DNA of 64,000 nucleotides from positions 64,001 through 128,000 of the forward strand of contig JBKAGE010000077.1 in the NCBI GenBank assembly GCA_046290225.1, read 5' to 3'. Origin of the DNA: Bradymonadia bacterium (GTDB lineage Bacteria > Myxococcota_A > Bradymonadia > UBA7976 > UBA1532). The notes beneath the pieces were generated by a model. The model made no database searches and was not told where the DNA came from. It worked only from the letters and a program-made list of their open reading frames with translations. A program made the position numbers and the translations under genes. The stretch's first letter is position 1; every line of letters begins with the position of its first letter. Positions 60,011 to 64,000 of the stretch are shown here, piece by piece.

Positions 60011-61612
60011 TCAGACCAGGATCCCCGCGACGCAGGCGGTCATGAAGGCGGCGAGGGTGCCGCCGAACATGGCCCTGACCCCGAGCTTGGCCAAATCGGC
60101 CCGACGCCCCGGGGCGATGCTGCCGATGCCGCCGATCTGGATGGCGATGCTGCCGAAGTTGGCAAAGCCGCACAGGGCATAGGTCACGATGGTGATGCTG
60201 CGGGGGCTCAAGGCGTCGGCGCTGGTCTTGAGCATGGCGGAGAGGTCGCCATAGGCCACGAACTCGTTGAGCACCATCTTGGTGCCGAGCAGCTGGCCCA
60301 CCTGCATGCAATCCTGACCTTCGACGCCCATCACATAAGCGAAGGGGTAGAACAGGTAACCAAAGAGCCGGTTGAGGGTGAAGACCTCCCACAGGTTGTC
60401 ATTGAAGTCCGGCGACGAGGCCCCAATGGCTGCTTGGAGCTTGCCCACACACCCAGCAGCATCCTTCCAGGGGATCTGGTCAGGATCACAGCTCTTCAAG
60501 AGGCCTGCGTCGACGCTGATGTTGCTGTTGCTGATGTAGGCCAGGGCGTCTTCGAGCACGCCGCCGTGCTGGATGTACGAGGGCATGGCGAACAGGTAGT
60601 TGACCATGGCCACGAGGGCGATGAAGGCCAACAGCATGGCACCGACGTTGAGGGCGAGCGTGAGGCCGTCACCGGCCCCCCGAGCGGCAGCGTCGATCAT
60701 GTTGGTGGTATCGGCCTTGCCAGCCTTGGCGGTGCCTCCGGCAGTCTCGGGCACCTCGGTCTCGGGCACCATGAGCTTGGCGATGACCAGGGCTGCCGGC
60801 GCCGACATGATCGAAGCGGTGAGCAGGTGGCCGGCGATGTCGGGGAAGTAGGCGCTGAGCATGCCCACATAGGCAGCAAAAACACCACCCGCCACGGTGG
60901 CGAAGCCGCCCACCATGACCGCCATCAGCTCGCTCTGGGTCATCTTGTCCACGTAGGGGCGCACGAGGAGTGGAGCCTCGGTCTGACCCACGAAGATGTT
61001 GCCCGCAGCAGAGAGCGACTCGGCGCCGCTGGTCCGCAGAGTCCGGCGCATGACCCAGGCGAGGCCACCGACGACGCGCTGCATGATGCCCAGGTGGTAG
61101 AGCACCGACATCAATGACGAGAAAAAGATGATCGTAGGCAACACCACAAAGGCCACATAGCCTTTGAAGGTCACGTCGGCGAAGAGCATCTTCGAGCCCT
61201 CGACCGTGAAGCCGATGAGGGTGTTCGCGGCGTCTTTCACCCCTGCGAAGAATGCCGCTCCGGCATCGGTCTTGAGAGCGAGCACCCCAAAGAGGAACTG
61301 CAGCCCCAGGCCGAAGATGATCACCCGCCACTCGAGCTTCTTGCGGTGGGTGCTCATGATCCAGGCGCAGCCCATCATGAAGAACAGGCCCATGAGGCTC
61401 ATCAGCCTGCTGGTGATGGGCACGTCGCCGCTGGCCGCGGCAGCGGCGCCGATGGCTTCAGAGGCCGCAGCCCCACCATCGGCTGCAGCGATGCCCCCTT
61501 GCGCGAACATGAACCCGGCGAAGGCCATGAGGCCGAAGAGAGTGGAGAGCCACATGGTCCGGAGGGTCCGCCGCCCTTGGGGCCCGAGGGGCTCGATCAG
61601 CCTGCGTCGCAT
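60011..61612 (-). CDS. Concentrative nucleoside transporter (CNT, NupC family)
   Basis: LPTIIFFSSL, NIFVGQTEAP, GFATVAG, NEFVAY, ALCGFANFGSIAIQIGG. Exact start uncertain. Confidence 0.93.
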   Translation of the reverse strand: MRRRLIEPLGPQGRRTLRTMWLSTLFGLMAFAGFMFAQGGIAAADGGAAASEAIGAAAAASGDVPITSRLMSLMGLFFMMGCAWIMSTHRKKLEWRVIIFGLGLQFLFGVLALKTDAGAAFFAGVKDAANTLIGFTVEGSKMLFADVTFKGYVAFVVLPTIIFFSSLMSVLYHLGIMQRVVGGLAWVMRRTLRTSGAESLSAAGNIFVGQTEAPLLVRPYVDKMTQSELMAVMVGGFATVAGGVFAAYVGMLSAYFPDIAGHLLTASIMSAPAALVIAKLMVPETEVPETAGGTAKAGKADTTNMIDAAARGAGDGLTLALNVGAMLLAFIALVAMVNYLFAMPSYIQHGGVLEDALAYISNSNISVDAGLLKSCDPDQIPWKDAAGCVGKLQAAIGASSPDFNDNLWEVFTLNRLFGYLFYPFAYVMGVEGQDCMQVGQLLGTKMVLNEFVAYGDLSAMLKTSADALSPRSITIVTYALCGFANFGSIAIQIGGIGSIAPGRRADLAKLGVRAMFGGTLAAFMTACVAGILV

Positions 61613-61759
61613 CTGAATACCCACACACTGAGGTGAATGTCCGGGTGAACCTAGACCACGGGCCAGGTGTGCGCAATGGCCTCACACTGCGGGGCAACCC
61701 CGTGGTCGCGCGCCCGAGAATGATGTATGGCTGCGCAACTCCAACATCGAGGTGTAGTG

Positions 61760-62113
61760 ATGGCGACATATGCGTGCAGTGAGTGCGGCGTCCGTCAGGA
61801 GGGCCCAGGGGAATGCCCCGAAGGCCATGGCCCTTTGCTCGATCTCTCCGATGACGAGATCAGGGTGATGCTGGTGGAAGAAGAGGATCGACAGGCGATG
61901 CGCCGCACGCAGAAGATGGTCGCCGTGGCCATGCCCCTCGGCCTGGGCACCCTCTGGATGCTGGAGTACATCCCCGGCTTCACCAAGATCGTGAACTTCG
62001 TGCCCTTCGTGCCCTTCGCGGGCCTCATCATCTGGGCCATCTGTCTCACGGCACTGTGGCTGTTCATCCTGGGCAAGGCCTTCCCATTCAAGCGCCACTT
62101 CGCCGATCTCTGA
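61760..62113 (+). CDS. Small membrane protein with an N-terminal zinc ribbon
   Basis: GAGGT SD; YACSECG...CPEGH; two hydrophobic helices. Confidence 0.65.
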   Translation: MATYACSECGVRQEGPGECPEGHGPLLDLSDDEIRVMLVEEEDRQAMRRTQKMVAVAMPLGLGTLWMLEYIPGFTKIVNFVPFVPFAGLIIWAICLTALWLFILGKAFPFKRHFADL

Positions 62114-62221
62114 AGCCGCGAGGCCCCTCCCCCTGCCGAGCGCAGGTGAAAACGACAAACCCTTTCATGTACCCATTTGGAACGTGTACGGTCATTGCCG
62201 TCTCTGGAGGGAGCCAAAACC

Positions 62222-62623
62222 ATGCGCCATGTGTGCTGCGTGCTGCTGATTGCGTTGTTGATGTGGGGGTGTGATCCCGACAGTGACGCCGACGACGGGG
62301 GCGTGGCAGGTGCCGGTGGCGCTGGTGCAGCAGGTGGCGCCGCGGGGGGTGGCGGCTCGGCGGACGCCGATGTCTCCTCTGATGCCGAGGTACAGCCTGA
62401 CGCCATGGTCGACGCTGACGCCGGTTTGGAGCCAGACGCCGCACGTGTACCTGATGCCGAGGTGCAGCCTGATGCAGAGGGCCTGCCCGACGCGGGTCCT
62501 CCAGGTACACCGCGCCTCGTGCGCAGCCGCATGACCTGGAGTTCGGGCCCTGCAGGCCGTGGGACCCAGGTCATGCGCTTCGAAGGTGACGGCATTCACG
62601 TCAAAGGGAGGTTGGGCCGATGA
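62222..62623 (+). CDS. Small lipoprotein with (P)DA repeat tether
   Basis: GGAGG upstream; lipobox LMWGC; DAEVQPDA repeats; ATGA-coupled to the next gene. Confidence 0.65.
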   Translation: MRHVCCVLLIALLMWGCDPDSDADDGGVAGAGGAGAAGGAAGGGGSADADVSSDAEVQPDAMVDADAGLEPDAARVPDAEVQPDAEGLPDAGPPGTPRLVRSRMTWSSGPAGRGTQVMRFEGDGIHVKGRLGR

Positions 62624-64000
62624 GGCTGCACACCGTCGCGCGGCTCGCTGCGCTGCTGGCCACACTGTTGACCGCGCTGTCGCTGGGGGCCGGGTCTGTC
62701 TATGCCCAGCCCGTGCTCACCTTCGAAGGCACGCTCGCCGACGACGAGGGTGATCCCATCCCCGGCCCGGTGACGCTGAGCTTCGCCTTCTATGACACCG
62801 ACGAGGGGGGCGATCCCCTCTGGGAAGAGACCTGGCCCGACACCGAGGTGGTCGATGGCGAATTCGTTGTCGAGCTTGGGGCCATCACCCCCTTCCCCGA
62901 CGGCATCTTCGTGCAACCGTCCTTGTACCTCGGCCTCACCATCGACGACGGTGAGGAGTTGAGCCCCCGTCAGGCGGTGAACCCCGTACCCCGCGCCATC
63001 GTGGCCCGAGAAGCCCTCGACGTCACCGGCCGCGACATCCACCCCAACACGGTGAGCATCGGCGACACCACGGTCATCGACGAGAACGGCCAGTGGGTGG
63101 GTGATCCCACCGGGCTCGCTGGACCGCAGGGTGAGCAGGGCCCCGCCGGTGAGCAGGGCCCTCAGGGCCTGCAAGGCGAGCAAGGGCCTCAGGGCGATCA
63201 GGGCCCTCAAGGCATCCAAGGCCAGCAGGGCCTGCAAGGCGATCAAGGCCCACAGGGTGACCAGGGGCCTCAAGGCGATCAGGGCATTCAGGGCCCTCAA
63301 GGCATCCAGGGCCCCCAGGGACCTCAGGGACCTGCCGGCGCTTCTGGGATCGATGCCATGTACGGCAACGGCTCTGGTGGAGATCTGGTCATCGACGGTG
63401 ACGTGATTTGGGATGACAACCTCGCCCCCAACGGCGACGCCTTCGAGACCATCGTGATCCCCCAGGGCAGCCGCCTCATCGTCCCCTCGGGCATGGTCCT
63501 CCGCGCGCGGACCTCCATCGACATCTCCGGTGAGCTGGTGACCTTCTCCAACAACGGCCGCGCGGGCAGCCCCGCAGCCCAGGGGCAGTCCAGCCGGGCG
63601 GCACTGGGCAACACCGGTGGCAGCGCCGCAGGTGCCTGGAACGGTCTCTCCGTCACTCACCTTGCCGGAGGCGCCGGCGCAGGCAAGGGCGCCAGCGCCG
63701 GCGGTGACAGCGGCGGCGCCGTGGGCCTGCTCAGCGGTGGCAACATCACCATCAGCGGCAGCATCCAAGCCCCCGGCAACAACGGCCGCTCCACGGCGAA
63801 CAGCGCCGGCGGCGGCGGTGGCTCTGGTGGTCTCGTGTGGCTCGGGGCCCGAGGCTCCATCAGCGTGCCTGGCGGTATCACCGTCATCGGCGGCAACGGT
63901 GGCGCCGCACAGGGCGGCAACCGCAGCGGTGGTGGTGGCGGAGGCGGCGGCTACATCATCGCGCTCAGCGGCGAGGGCGCAGATCTCGGCGACAACATCA
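62620..64000 (+). CDS. Secreted collagen-repeat / glycine-rich fibre-like protein, 3'-truncated by the window edge (absent from the ORF track)
   Basis: Open frame from ATG 62620 (MRLHTVARLAALL...), FAFYD...LWEE...ELG domain, about 27 Gly-X-Y triplets at 63112-63354, then GGGGGSGG(L/Y)V/I repeats. Confidence 0.88.
   Translation, partial: MRLHTVARLAALLATLLTALSLGAGSVYAQPVLTFEGTLADDEGDPIPGPVTLSFAFYDTDEGGDPLWEETWPDTEVVDGEFVVELGAITPFPDGIFVQPSLYLGLTIDDGEELSPRQAVNPVPRAIVAREALDVTGRDIHPNTVSIGDTTVIDENGQWVGDPTGLAGPQGEQGPAGEQGPQGLQGEQGPQGDQGPQGIQGQQGLQGDQGPQGDQGPQGDQGIQGPQGIQGPQGPQGPAGASGIDAMYGNGSGGDLVIDGDVIWDDNLAPNGDAFETIVIPQGSRLIVPSGMVLRARTSIDISGELVTFSNNGRAGSPAAQGQSSRAALGNTGGSAAGAWNGLSVTHLAGGAGAGKGASAGGDSGGAVGLLSGGNITISGSIQAPGNNGRSTANSAGGGGGSGGLVWLGARGSISVPGGITVIGGNGGAAQGGNRSGGGGGGGGYIIALSGEGADLGDNI

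Overview
GC-rich bacterial chromosomal window; the gene content (cysteine-rich RCC1/TSP3 secreted proteins, lipoproteins with acidic tethers, sigma-54 sites) suggests Myxococcota or a Bradymonadia-like deltaproteobacterium (inference). About 45 CDS were identified; no rRNA, tRNA, CRISPR array or transposase was seen. Best candidate for an undescribed system: a five-gene minus-strand operon (29850-26061). It encodes a lipoprotein precursor with 16 Gly-Cys-Pro motifs, an MNIO (DUF692) enzyme, its DUF2063-type partner, a His-rich CxxCH protein and a cytochrome P460-like lipoprotein, behind an ECF-type promoter. This looks like a membrane-anchored, bufferin/oxazolin-like RiPP system with an unfamiliar core motif. 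Other highlights: (1) a 3537-aa secreted protein with six RCC1-like modules and Gly-rich inserts, sharing a C-terminal left-handed beta-helix with a nearby 1216-aa paralogue; (2) long inverted-repeat elements, one enclosing a frameshifted four-helix-bundle gene; (3) a DUF3419 + heme-oxygenase-like diiron enzyme + GNAT mini-cluster; (4) a lipoprotein with flagellin IN-like motifs; (5) a collagen/Gly-rich fibre gene running off the right edge. All assignments come from reading motifs by eye; no database searches were run.
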